From the NCBI GenBank assembly GCA_973895155.1, contig OZ316891.1:22959884-23023883 (forward strand): a stretch of DNA of 64,000 nt. Reading direction: 5' to 3'. Made by a program: the position numbers and the translations under genes. Positions 1 to 13,215 of the stretch are shown here, piece after piece. The notes under the pieces are model-generated. The model was given only the letters and a program-made list of their open reading frames with translations, did not search any database and had not been told where the DNA came from. The number at the start of each line of letters is the position of its first letter. Position 1 is the first letter of the stretch. The DNA comes from Marsupella aquatica. Taxonomy: Eukaryota > Plantae > Marchantiophyta.

Positions 1-2914
1 TTAAGAGGTACCCTAGAAGTACCTGCTGGCCCCATGAATGTTTTGGCCAGATCCGCAACCAACTGCATTGCCTTACCCCCTGTTACTCTTGACAATATAG
101 ATGTCGACTTTCGCACCTCAGTATTCCCGGCGACCACGCCACTAGCGGGAGACCGTCCAATTGGTGATCCATGCCCAGCTTTGGCATACTTTTGCAACTT
201 CTCTGTTTGATTATCCGCATGCCTCTGCAAGCCGATCATCTTGTCTTTGGCCTCCTCCAGCTCTTGGGATAAATCCTCAACCTCCTCATTAAGGTGCGCC
301 TCCTCTTTGGCCGTCTTGAGCTCCTAGTTTAAAATCTGCACAATCTCAAACTCCTGCTTATCCAAAGCGGCTCTCTGGGAATTGTTGATGCTTTCCAGCT
401 TTGTGACCTTGTCCGTCCATGCCTGCTTTGTCCTGATTAGCTCCTCCTGAAGCTCCTTGTGTATTTGTTGGACTCGGTTTAGGTGATCATTGGCCGTTGT
501 GCAAATGGCGTCATCATGCTTCTCACGCATGGCCTCCAACCGGTCGAGTAACTTGTCATACTTCCTTTGGGCTTCTGCCAAGGCTTTCTTGCTCTGGGTG
601 GCCTGCTCCTTAGCCGTCTTTCTAAGCCTCTCAACTTGGCGATTTAGACCCTGTACTTCTGCTTTTGAATCGGCTAACTCCAGCTCTACCTTCGTCAATT
701 TTTCCTTGATTTGCTGGTTATCCAATTGGTAGTTTTCCAATTGGTTGTTTGCCACTTCTAATTCTTGCTGCTTAGCCAAGAGATTCTACTGAGTTGGTTG
801 ATCAGACTTTGTCTTAGCAACTTTGGCTTCCATGGAGCGAAGCCGAGCGATCACCTCTTCTTTCTTTAATTGCTCCAACGTCATTGCCGAAGATTTCTAA
901 GGCTAGCAGTCCACACATGTCTTCATACTCCCTAGCCCGATCCCTGGCATATTTTGATCTACCAGGTGATACTGGCATCTGCCAACGAGGCCGTTTCTCC
1001 TAGGCTGCTGCCCGTAATTGATCGAAGTCAGTGAGAGGTTCGGCCTTCTTCTCACTAAGCCGTCTTATTTTCTCCGGCCAATCACCGCCTGGTAGCTGTC
1101 GTTCCTGCATGTCATTTTGGGCCCTCCACTCGTCAAGTTTCTCCTTCAGACTTGCCTCGGCTTCCTTCATTCGGTCAAATTCCAATGGTGTCACGTGCGG
1201 TGGAGGAGACTCTGGGGTTTTCTGATCCTCCGGCTTGCCATAAAAGACTGAGGGAAGTCTTCTACAAAACCTTCCCAACGTTCTCACTCCCGACATCAGT
1301 TTCTCCCCATGATCGACAGAATCATCTCGTAGTCATCCACATTAACCTGACTACCGAGCATGCCGGCCTCTTCTGCAAAGCCCCCAATGTCCTCCTCTGA
1401 GTATTGTTGGGCTGCCACTGGTTGATTTACCTCCATCGGTTCCTCCACTCGGGCCCGGCTATAAGCTCTAAGGACTGGCCTCTCCGGACTTCGGCCTCGG
1501 CTTCCATCTTCTGACTCCGAATCCATTTGCTCATCTCGTTTCTTTCTTTCTTTGGCAGTCATCTTCCTCTCTACCAGTTGAATACCTATATATGGGTTGT
1601 TACGAGTAGGCCGTCACAGCGGATTTCTCACCACATCATATGTTACCACCTCTGGTTCCTTGAGAGGGGAATTCTCCCGTCCCTGGACTGCCTGTATTGC
1701 CAACCTCTTCTCTTGCCGTCGCTTGTTCAGGGGCTGCTCGTCCTCCGCCACCTCCTCAAGTGGTGCAATGATTGGCATCCACTCCTGTATAGGCAACACT
1801 GGTGCAAAAGACTGGCTTCTTGCATATCGGCAAAGTAATTGCAGATGGTACCCTAGTCTGGATACCGCTCCTTCCCCAATGCTCTGCTTCTCTTCATTCA
1901 ATGCCTTCTTCAACTGCATTAAGAGATAGCCGTTGTAGTCTCGGCTTGAATTGATATTCTCCACCAAAAATACCTGGGCTTTACCGATTTCTGCTCTTGG
2001 CAAGGTACGATGCAACGTGACTCTCAGGAAATCAATCAACTGTCCTATATGAGGGTTTGTATATTGATTCCTGAAGAACCCATTCTTAGTGGAAGGCCCT
2101 GGAAATGACCTGAACTGGTCATCCGACAACGTCTTCCTTTGCTCCACCTTAGTCTTCCTTCCTGTTGGTAAAGCGAAGATGACTTTGATAAGCGCAGGTG
2201 TTAGTTTGAACACCTTTCCATACAGCAGCGTCGTGTTGGAAGAAGCCTTCCAGCATCCCCCAAAGTTCAACAGATCCTCATCTGGTATCTCTTTTAACCG
2301 CCATGGTAATCGGATGAATCCCTTTAAGCCGATGTTGTTCATGTATCCCAAATACTTGTTATCCTGGATAGCACAGAAGACCTCATCTTCTTCTCGTGCA
2401 ATTGCAGTTGTAAATTGGCAGGTAGCCTATCCGCCCAACCCGCCATAAACTTATCCTCTACTGCCCTATCACAAACTGGCACGGCTTTAGCCTTAGCCTG
2501 CCTCTCCGACCGGTTCTGCTTAGCTGGTGTTGCAGATGCCGAACTACCCTTTCGCTTCATCTCCTTCATTCCTGAGAACTCTCCAAGAATGGCTTCCTTG
2601 CTCCAAGCCGAAGTGTGACCCTTCAACTCCCACACCGGCTGCCTAGCGTTCTTAATCGCCTCCCGAATTCCAACAACTCAATTCTGTTGGATTGGCAATT
2701 TGTCAAGCTCGACACTGGTAGGAGTCCATTCAAATTTCTCAAGGACTTCTTCCGTTCCCGCAAAAGCAGTCTTATGAATTCCCCATAACCGCGCGAGCTC
2801 CGCCTGTTCCCTTGCTGCTTGTTCTGGCTCAACGTCTTCGTAAGTTGGTATGAGTTGTCGTGCTTCTTCAAGCAAACAACCCCAAAACTTGGCCGCTTGA
2901 TTCACCGTGGTCAT
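1..2914 (-). pseudogene. LTR-encoded accessory protein, diverged paralog (plant-transposon domain plus coiled coil), broken by stops and frameshifts
   Basis: Fragments MTTVNQAAKFWGCL, FRSFPGPSTKNGFFRN, LPRAEIGKAQV, LPGGDWPE and a coiled coil (324-779) are collinear with the ORF at 20985-24400. Confidence 0.8.
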
Positions 2915-3265
2915 TCCAGTGAAAGAGAAAAGAGCTGGAGCAATTGCCTAACCACCTCCCCCAATCGTTCGGCAGCTGTTTCCACCTTGCTAGGTTGATT
3001 GAACAAGCAAATGAGCAAGTGTACAGAGTGTCGGTCCCCTCCCTACGAAGCCGCCTCCTGATGGCTTACCTGATCAAGCCCAGATTAGGTCATAACCCTA
3101 ATCCCACTTAATCGTGACCATTGGATCCTATCCTATCACAATCTCCCCCGATCGCATTGCAATCGGCTTCGATCCTTATTCCTCCCTTATTCTATCTACC
3201 TAATCTTTATTTAGCCATTATTTTAGGCTTAACTAAGTACTTTGTGATCCTGGCAAGGCATCACA
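1..3265 (-). mobile_element. Diverged sister copy of gypsy family A LTR (runs off window start)
   Basis: Ends in ...CCTGGCAAGGCATCACA at 3265, the same terminus (TGTGATGCC on minus) seen at 20608, 37470 and 40292. Encodes peptides homologous to the family A LTR ORF. Confidence 0.8.
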
Positions 3266-4384
3266 ATTTCCCAAGGGAGCTTGCGTTGGGGAGGCAATGC
3301 ATAGTAGGCATGGGTATTGAGGTCCAAGTGCATTTTTCCCTTAGACTCTCGGTTGAGTTAGAGTTGTGGAGATGGTTGCTAGAGTTGGGCTAAATTGGCC
3401 CCGCCGTCTAGGACAAGCTAGCTAATTGGGCCATGGGCATGTCATGGAGGCAAGGTGGTAAGCCAATGACGGATAGAAAGTGGGGAAGCTCGGGTGGCAC
3501 CCAGTAGAGGGGATAATCTGAATGAACAGTGGGTGTCGGTCTTAGCACAACTACATTATCAGGATTTTTTACATGTTACATGAAGACGTTAAGCCCGACG
3601 TCTCCTTGCTGCTAAAGAAAGGCGACACACTCGACATGAATCAGGGCACGTTTTGTACAAAGTAACAAAGGTTATAGTTTACATTGTCCAAAATGTCGTT
3701 ACATACGTCAGTACATACTACGTTATATATTAACGTCGTAAATAAAGACGTTATTCTGGACATAGATTGAACAGGCAAATCAGCAGATAACATCGTTTAA
3801 AACGACGTCAATGTCAGATTACGTAGTTTGTGACTTTGTTAATGATGAGTCTGTCTAGGACGTATGAGTAGTAAGTCGTGTGAGGCTTGGTAAAAATGGT
3901 GTTAACAAGAACGTTTGAAAATAGTACCAAGAATGGAGAGACGTGAATGGAGTGCCATTTGTGGTAAACATTAATCTTGTATGGAACATCCTTCTAGGCT
4001 ACCTTAGTTGGGTGGGCTTTAGGTTTAGGTTCATATACACACGAAATACACATAAAATAGACATATGAAGTCCGGAATGCCACTATAAATGGGTGGCGTC
4101 AAAAGTTTTTGCCAAAAATGTACAAAATGCAGGTGGACGTCCACCTAGTCATGCATGGTATACCCTAATGCCGCTGAGAGCGGCTCCTATCACGTCCAGA
4201 CCTGCGAACATAAATACATGGCGGTGCCTCCAACTGTTTGCCTCGGGGCCGCAACTCGTACCGAAGTGGATCCTTGTCTGAACTACTGCTACCAGACACC
4301 AACTCCGTAGCTCCCTTGCCTCTACTCCTAGGGACTACATCTCTAGTGCCACTGTGTCCCCTAGTGGTATCCCTCTCGACACGG

Positions 4385-4456
4385 CTCCTCTTCCTCTCTC
4401 TATGTCTCTCCCTCCCTCCCCCTCTCTCTCTCCCTCCCTCTTCTCTTTCTCTCTCT
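4385..4456. repeat. CT-rich low-complexity tract
   Basis: Nearly pure pyrimidine run ctcctcttcctctctct... Confidence 0.7.
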
Positions 4457-5122
4457 ATCGTCTATGGCTAGTATGACCCCTATCAGTCTCCATTGGAGGG
4501 GAGAGGTCAGAAGATGACCGGCCCTGTGTACCTAAACTGCCCTCCTGCCCACAGTCTACTAAGGCCTCCTCCTGCGTATCAAGCTCCTCCCCTCCATGAT
4601 CTGCCTCCTCATCTTCCGCAATGGGCCGTGCCACTAACCCCTCTGGAGGACTCCAATCCTCCTGCACATGACATAAGGGATCAGTTTACGTCCTGCAAAT
4701 AGTGGATGCAAAACCTAGTATAGAAGGAACCTAACCTGACTATGTAACTTACCACTGGGTGGTCCTCTAGGACGGAGTCCAGCTTAGCCCATAGGGCAGC
4801 TAGGCCATAGCGTTTTGAATAGAGCCGCTCCTGCTCACTTGGCTCGGCGTTGGCTCCAAACTTGCGTTTCTACAGGAAATTGGAGAACGTCGTCACCACC
4901 GTCATTAATTACAATGTACATAACGACATTTTCTAATTAACGCCCGAATTAACGTCGTCCAAGACAAGGTATAGGGTGGAACTGCCATATTACAATGTAG
5001 AAACAACATTAATTAAATATAACATCGTGAGAGACGACATTAGGTAGGGTGAACGTAGGGGGTAGACGTAAAATTGAGAACTTGCGACGTTAGAGGAGAA
5101 AAAGGACGTTAATTCAATGTTC

Positions 5123-5658
5123 TCACCACAGCGGCCGAAGTATGAACAAGCTGTGCTTTGAAGAGGGTGGGGGACTTACATAGGTTGCAAGGAAGCCTTG
5201 CCATCCTCCCTGGCCCCAGAAATTGGTCACACATAGGCGGCCATTTGATTTGCGGGCTACAACAACTTTGTCCCCCATGTGCACTCGCTTGCCTACTGGG
5301 GTGTCAGGTGCTGCTTCCAACTCAGCCACGATCAACTTGAAGTCGGCGTCGCTCATTCCTTCTAGTTTTAGGTATTGCTCTATCCTTGGGCATCTCATTT
5401 TTCAAACCTTGTTTCTCCATCTAAACCTCCGAACTGCAAGGTAGCCTACAATCTTTTGTCTGATGTGCCTGTAGTCTATTTCACGGTCGTTCCTAAACCC
5501 AGCCTGCACATCATTCAGGAGGAGCTGAAACTTCTTTGGGTTCTGTGCGAGATCCTTCTAAGTTGTCCAACTAGGACAGTGCTTGGCACAACACGTCTGC
5601 ACTTGATTTGTGAGGGCCTTCTCATCCAGAACATCCACCCTAGCATCCATCCATCCAT
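5123..5658 (-). pseudogene. Degenerate coding fragment, possibly CACTA second ORF (TnpA-like)
   Basis: Reads ...CAKHCPSWTT*KDL...GYLAVRRFRWRNKV*KMRCP...VHMGDK with stops. The assignment rests on context only. Confidence 0.25.
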
Positions 5659-7595
5659 CCGTTTGCCGGTGAGCCAGGTTCTTAATTGCTTTTTATAGGT
5701 AGGGTTGTCTTGCAGTAATTCCCCAACTATAATATTTGCCGGTTGATTCTTTACTGCTTCTACAATATTGTAACCTTCTGGCTTAGTGGTTACTGGTGCA
5801 TTAACTGTTTGTTCAGATTTCTTTCCTTCTCTAAGATTAGCTTCCTTTTCCACTGCAACGGGTATTTCTTCAGTTAACTCATGTAACTGAGCCTTAATTT
5901 CTTCTGATATGCCTGGTTGAAAATATTTTGGATCATACCTGTCGTAAGCTGGGTCATCCTCCTTAGGAATACCTTCTTCCGCTGCAATTCTTGACTTGCC
6001 TTTCCTCTTGGATGATTTCTTACTCTTGGGGTCCTTGTCCTTATGCTTCTTCACTTGATGAGACTTAGACCTTGTGGTAGCATAAGTTTCCAAAATTTGG
6101 TCTCTTTCCTGAATTCGTTTATTAGGCATCCCAATGACATTTTCTTGCACCAGGTGTTCTAAGTCGATATCTACAATGGTTCCTGACAATGGTTGGGTAT
6201 AGATATTATGTACTTATGTTTCTTCCTCTGCACTTGTTTCAATAGTTACACGTCCACACTGGTCGGTATCTTCTTGACTGTATATCATCCTGACTTCTTC
6301 TGGCCAGGGAGCTTCCTTCATAGGTTCCTTAGCAAATCTCACCATCACTTTAGGCTTAGGTGGGTTCGGATATTCCATAGGGAGGTGACCTTCTTTTCCA
6401 CAATTTCTGCGAATGGGGGTATATCCCACTTCTCTCTTTGGATACGGACAGTCTAGTGAATAGTGTCCTAATTGGCCACATTGCAGCAAGTACCTTGTTC
6501 TCTCGGTACCCCTCTTGGCGGATATCCTCCTGGTGGTCCCATCGGTGGTCGTGGTGTTGGCCGATTAAAAGAAGACGGTCCGGGTGTTTTTGGTTGAGCC
6601 CAAGTGGTAGGAGCTGTAGGGGGTGGAAAATATTGTCCCGCAAATGGTGCTTGAACTGCATAAATATCTCCATAATCCATCATTTCTGCTTCTTCTCCAA
6701 AATTTATAGCATGCTGTAAAGTGGGGCACTCATGATGATAATGTCCTTGGTTATTACAACGGGTACACCAAACATTATTTCAAATAGTGGGAGGAATTTT
6801 CCGAGGTGGTTTAAGCACAGCACCATTAACAGAAAGCTTAGTTAATTTACTAGTTAAGGAATCCATCATTTTATCCAGATTTTTAGCTTTTTGAGGGACC
6901 GTACTTTTCTGCATTCTTTTCTTCTTAGCAACATCCACCTCTTCAGAACTTGAATCAGAATTGGTACTGCTACTAGAACTCGTGTCACTACTCGTTTCTT
7001 CAGTACTGGTGGTGTCACTTTCATCAGTTTCAGAGCTTGAGGAGGACTTAGACTTCTTTTCTTTTTCTTTTTATCCTTCCTTTTATTTTTCTTTAGATCT
7101 TTCTTTACTCGTTTCTTCTCTGAAACCTCTGAGTCTACATATTTTTGGGTGGCTTCTTGTGCCTCCTCAAAAGTGGTACCACCTTCCCTTCTTACATACC
7201 TTGCAATACGGGATGGTAATCCATTGATAAACCAATCTCGTGTGGTCGATTTTGCCGTGTTAGGATTATACTAAGCCACTAGTATATTTCCTCACTGAAC
7301 CATGTTTCTTCATAGTTAGCTGAGAAATCCTTGCAAAGGCCCTTGCTTCAACTCCATCCTCTTTATATTTGTCTAGAAAGGTTGTTTTAGTTTTCCCCCA
7401 ATCATTTTTATCTGGAAATCTATCATACCATTTCTGGGCATTTTTCTTTAATAATCCTCCAAAAATGGTGGCTTTCTCAGCGTCTTGAGTTTGTCCATTG
7501 GAGGTAGCCGCAGCTTCAAATTCCTTTAAAAATGTCTCAACATCTTCTTTAGATGTCCCTTTGAAGGTGTCATAGCGAATATTATTCCTGGCCAT
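5659..7595 (-). pseudogene. gag: gag (capsid-like region plus zinc knuckles), disrupted
   Basis: YDTFKGTSKEDVETFLKEFE...AQKWY capsid motif (7266-7595). Knuckles CGQLGHYSLDC and NCGKEGHLPME near 6350-6490. Homologous to the gag at 25541-27900. Confidence 0.8.
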
Positions 7596-9358
7596 TTAAA
7601 TTCTTCTTATTGGGGTAGGTACTGGGTTAACCCTGGCCGATCCACCAGTTTGTTGGGATCCTGTGTTCAGAATTGCCCCTTGGGATGTCAGAGGTAAATG
7701 AGAAATTAGTGAAATAGTAGTGCTGGTTGAACTTGCAGCACTGGTATTACCACTGAAATTCCCTAACCCAACCAGATTGGAATAAAGTTTGGTTGTGAGA
7801 GGGGGTAGTTCTTCTAATCCGAATGCTTCACCAGAGTTTGTCTACAAAGGAGTAAGGGGATCATAATCCAAAGTCAGAGAGTTAGTTCGTTGGGTTTCCC
7901 CTTCGATTATACTTCCATGTCGTGAAGTTCCGGAATTATTAATGCCAATGGTTTGAAATGAGGGTGTGCCTTCATATTCACCTAGACTTCGTGATCTACT
8001 CAATGATTTGACAATATCTACTCCCTTCTTCTTTGCTTTTACAGGTACATATTGCACATCTCTCGAACGTAATTTATACACCACTGGTCGACTGGTTGCA
8101 GGTTTATTCATAGTTCCTTGTGCTGCACTCTGTTGGATGAGCGTAACTCTTTCCGCTACACTCCTAGGTATGGAAAATTGGGTAATTGGAAATCTTGGAG
8201 TAATTCTCGAGGCTTAAGCGACTCTTGCAATGATTCTGATGCTGATTTTTCTTCGCGTCGTGACTTCCAATTGCGCTTCCCTTTGTCAGTCATTCCTCAT
8301 TCTGAAAGACGTTTTCTTTGGAAGAGAGTTGGCGGGTGTGATTGCTTGAAGGTCCTCCTTCTCAAGAGACAACTTCAATGGTCACATCGTTTTGTCGTGT
8401 CTCTACTCCATGCCCTTCCAGGTTTGCTCGATCCATGGCCAGTATGCCCCTTCGGTTGGCACCTCTCTGCATCTGGCGTCCGCAATGGTTGCGTTGTTTC
8501 ATAGAGTTGTTGACGGGGTGTGACTCTTCTTTGTGCCCCGTATACTCGTCAACACGTATACCCGTAAACGCATGAACTCTTATACTCGTAAACTCGTAAA
8601 ATCGACTGTAACTCGTAAAGTAGTAATTGTCACGACGCTTACTCGTAAGGGTTAACCCGCACTGCCTTATCCCCTTGTATCTCGGTGAGTCCTTAGTAAC
8701 AAAGTACCCCCTCCACTTCTGATTTCTCAATGCTTTGGCTAACCTTACTTTATCTGAGTCTCCTATTTTGTCTTTGCATCAATGTTCTAGCTAAGTCTTG
8801 CATAGAAATCACTACGTGTTCCTCCATGGTAATTCTTCCATTTAGCCTTAAAATAACCAAATGTAGATTTACTCCTTCCCACCAAGTAATAGATAGCCAA
8901 TGTATCCCTCTTCTCCCTCTTAGAGATAACACCCAAATTTGTACATACCTATTATGTAAATTTCTCACCCTAAAGGACCCTAATGATCTGATAGGTGGCA
9001 TTTGGAGTTATTTCATCTATAATTACTTAGTGTTACAAATCTATCAAGTATTCCTCTATCATCCTTAATTGAACCATTAGTTCATAATTATTCACTGCAT
9101 TCTCAATGCTGTCAATATGATCAGTCCAAGGGAATTCAAGTAGGTGTAACTTATTTAATTTATTTTCAATTCCCTCTTCCTCTTCCTTGGTCAAAAATAA
9201 ATATTCTTGCTTATGCTTCCTTAACAGAAAATCAAGGTCAAATTCCTCCGGTATAGGTTGGAGCTTGATTCCTTCCAAACCTTTTTTCTTCAACACCACC
9301 AAATTCACCACTTTGCAGGAGGAGGGTAGATCCTTAATCGATTTCCTTAAATCCATTT

Positions 9359-12300
9359 TAATTTTATAAATTTGAGCCATGAAAGCCCCGCAGCAAGGGG
9401 AACAATCAGAAGTTAGAAGCATCAGCAAAGGGGACACCAGTATTCCAAACAGCCATCAGTGCAAGTGTCTCAAGTCCCAGAGTGCATCCAGGGGCAGCCC
9501 AACAACCTATCCAAGTACCCTTGATAGACAGAACCCTCATCATCTACAAAACATCAACCTCAAACAAACTCTACTTCTAACCTGAAGTGATCCAGATATC
9601 CCTCCGGTTAATCCATAGCACCCTTTCCCTATTTACCATCTCCTTGGCCCTAAGTAGCCTTGTTCTTCTATTACAAGCCAGTAAGGTGAGTATCACAGCA
9701 GAGACATGGTCCACCACTTCAGAGAGCATAAAGCGCAGGTCCAGCTTTCTGGTTCCCTTAGTCTTGAACATGTGCTCGTTCCTGCCATTCCACAGCGTCC
9801 AGAGGATCTGGTATAGCATAAACAATTTTGCTACTTTACATGGGTTCTTTCCGATAGCAGAGTCAAGCATCCCAATCAGGCCTCCAAAGCGATCCGCAAA
9901 TGCACCATCAAAACATCCCGCACATAAAGCCCAGCATTTCTGTGCATGTGCACAGTCAATGAAGAGGTGGGGAATGGTTTCTAGAATCCCAGGACACAGC
10001 TTGCACTCACCAGTTCCTTTACCTATCTTTATCGCCCTCACTCCAGTATACAGACCAGATGCAATTATCCTCCACAGAAAAGTCTTAGCCCTCATAGTCA
10101 ACCCAGATCTCCATATACCAGTCCATCCTACATTCCACTCCCCCGCTGTCTTGGAAATCCCCCAAGTTCTGTTCAGACTGGGGGTGTCACTACATTCAGT
10201 CCTGATCATCTTATAAGCTCTCCTATTCTGGATTCCAAAGCTCTTTAGTGGATCCGGACTGTCTGCCCAACACCAACATCGAGGACCAGGCTCGTAACCC
10301 CAAACACACTGTCTGATGCTCACTAGTGCCTCTATGAATTTCCTTCCCAGATTACGGTGTTCCAGTGAAAATCCCCTCAGGTTCTCCCGTCTCTCATTCA
10401 CCATTCTCCAACCCTGTCTCTCCTCCGCCCACAGATCCTGTATACACCAAATGCCCAGTCGCCCACAGAGCCTCGTGACAGCAGCCATGTCCTCATTGCT
10501 CCATGCCTGAAAGCCTTTCAAGCACCTGATTGTGTCCCCTACTGCCCATCTTCCTGGTACTCGATCCGTGGAGCAGAATATCAAATTCACCCGTAGCTAT
10601 TCCCATGCATTCCAAAGCCCACCTGTATATGCTAGACCATGAAGTGCTCACGGGTAGCAGAGTAGCATCTTGTCCCTAAATGTGTAGTTGTTTCTCCTTA
10701 CTACCTTATAGTTGGCCCATCCAATCAGTTTCAAATTTGCAGCAAACAAGTAGGCCCATTCCGATCTGGGGGAATCCAACACCCCAGTAAACCATTTGGC
10801 GAGTAATGCATCCGAATGGCTTCTGAAATCCTTGATTCCAAGTCCCCCCTCCGTCTTAGGGCGAGAGATGCGAGCCCAGGAGACCAGTGGTACCCGCCTA
10901 CCTCCCTCCTTGTTATACCCCCACAAAAAGTCTCTACAAAGTGCAGTCATTTTTCTTGCAAGCGCATTAGAAGCCTTTAGGAACATTGAGTGATATACTG
11001 GTATTGCCTGTAAAATGTGCCTTATAAGCAGAGTTCTGCCTGTGAATGTCAACATCTTGTTGGCCCAGGATGAGAGCCTTTGTCCAATCTTATCCAATAC
11101 ATAGCTGTGCAACTATTCCGTTTTCAGATCTACCCCCAGTGGAGCTCCGAGGTATTTCTGGAGTTCCCCCCTACCACTGATCACATAGCCAGTATCCCTG
11201 AGCCACCGTGGCGTTGTTGTTACTAGTGGTATCACAGTGGATTTCCGTAAGTTAAGGCGAGCCCCTGTTGCCAATTCATAGCATTTCACCACCTCTGTTA
11301 CCTGTTGAAAGTTTCTCTCCTTTGCCGGGATAAACATCCCCAAGTCATCCGTGAACAGCCGGTAGCAAATGGTTAGTATCTCTGAAACTTGTATTCCTTC
11401 CAGCCTGCCCGCAGCTAGTTCTGCATCCATAAAATCCATCAATGGTTGTGTTGAGATCACAAAAAGGAGAGGAGACAAGGGGCATCCTTGTCTGACCCCC
11501 CGTTGGAGCCCAATGTCAGTTGAAAGCATACCATTCAGGTGTATCCTGGATGTAGCGTGCTGCATCAGTGCCTGCACCAATTTGATAAAGTTGCTACTGA
11601 TACCGAGCAAGTGCATAGTTTCCCAAATGTATCCCTGGTCTACTCGGTCAAATGCCTTCTCAAAGTCTAGTTTAAGAAAAAGTGCCTCATACTTTCTATT
11701 CTTCAGCCAATCGAAAGTCAACCATGCCAGTGATATGTTCTCCAGTATGTTTCGGCCAGGGATGAACCCTGTCTGTTGAGGGCTGATCAGCCGGGGCAGG
11801 ATACATATCAGCCTGCGAGCCAGAATTTTAGCAATCAGCTTGTACACTGTATTCAGCATGGTTAATGGCCGCCAGTCCTTTAGCATCCGTTTATCCTCCT
11901 TCTTAGGGATGAATTTGATGATCCCCTCCTTGACCCCACTAGCCAGCTTCCCTGTCAACCAAAATTCCTGTATCATGGCAACCAGATCCTCTTGCAAGAA
12001 TTCCCAGCATGCCTGATACACCTCTGCAGACAGCCCATCCAGTCCTGGTGCCTTGTCCTTTGGGAGCATCCAAAGTACCTCTTTTATTTCCGTGTTTGTG
12101 GGCAGCTTCTCTAGCATGGTTGTCTCTGCTGTGGTCAGTGTCGCCCTGGTATGCTTCAGCAGCCTGCTTCGTTCGTTTAGTGAGATCAGCCGCTCCCCCT
12201 GCGTTGGGGCCCAAGGAGCATACAATGCCAGGCAAGTTTGTTCCACCTCCTTCATTATGTGCACTGGGTCAGTAATCACCGTCCCCCCTTCCAACAACAA

Positions 12301-13215
12301 ACTCTTCATCGCTTCTCGTTCTCTCTTAGCCTTAACAGTTGCAAAATAGAAATGTGATGGTTCGTCTCCCTCCCCCAACCATTTAATTCGCGCCAATCTT
12401 CTTCCTCTATGAGCCTCCTCCAGCTCCGCAGCATGTAGTAAGTCCTCTGTGTCAACGTACTCTTTGAGTTCATTTTCAGAGTATTCCTCCATTATTGTCG
12501 TCTTCAGCATCCTTAATTTATCCCGCAGCAGCAGCAGTTCTTCTTCTCTTCGCTTAGGTGACCCTTGCTTCTCAATATACATTTTCCTCATATTGTGACT
12601 CGCCTTGTCAAAAGCCATTATTGGTTCAGTACACCCCCCTTTTCCTTCCATCCATGCCCGCTGGAGTGCTTCCACTGTGCCTTCAATTTTCACCAGAGCC
12701 GGGTTCACTTTGAAAAGTGTCATTCACACCCTACCACCCTCAGCCTGTACACCGCTCGTGAGTTGCAAGCTCAATACCACCGGATCGTGGTCCGAGAGGG
12801 CCGAGCCCCTGTCATGCTCAAGTTCCCCAATCAGTTTGATCCATTCCCCATTGTTGCTAAAGTAAAATCTGTCCAGACGGGACTATGTCAGTATCCCGTT
12901 CCTGTTTCTGCGCCATGTGAATCTAGACCCCTTGTCAATTCCTTTGAATTGTATAGCATCCACCAGATTGAATCGCACCTTCAGAAATCTCCAAAATTCA
13001 GCCTCGCGTCCTTTTATCAAGGGTGAGTCTCCTGTGGAGTCCTCCCGCATCTCTGTCATATTGAAGTCCCCGCACGCAATCCATGAAGCCGGGTGGAGTC
13101 CAAGTTTGAGTTCATTCCAGAGGATTGCCCTCCTCCTGGGCGAATTGGGCGCATATACGCTGATTATTCCAAAGTTACATCCTTCATATACTACTAGCGC
13201 CCAAACAGCCCTTCC
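9359..13215 (-). mobile_element. 5'-truncated L1-clade LINE
   Basis: TSD TAAATCCATTT at 9348-9358 and 13216-13226. Decayed A-tail at ~9356-9366. ORF2 order is EN, RT, zinc finger. Confidence 0.9.
9577..13215 (-). pseudogene. LINE ORF2 (APE endonuclease C-terminal half, reverse transcriptase, zf-RVT), one frame with in-frame stops
   Basis: SVYAP, CGDFN, KAPGLDG, WRPLTMLN, LKLDFEKAFDRV, GVRQGCPLSP, FTDD, KYLG and CKLC..ETIPHLFIDC. Four ORF-track segments share one frame. Confidence 0.92.

Larger units (their letters stand above)
3546..5658 (-). mobile_element. Putative terminal fragment of a CACTA/CMC DNA transposon
   Basis: Starts CACAACTACA (close to CACTACTACA) and is followed by AT-rich DNA dense in ACGT/GACGT words, like the CACTA intron at 40331-40632. 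No matching other end is visible. Confidence 0.4.

Noticed and set aside
9587-12349. Plus-strand ORFs opposite the LINE (and antisense ORFs over family A LTRs)
   Set aside because: These are shadows of real opposite-strand coding sequence.
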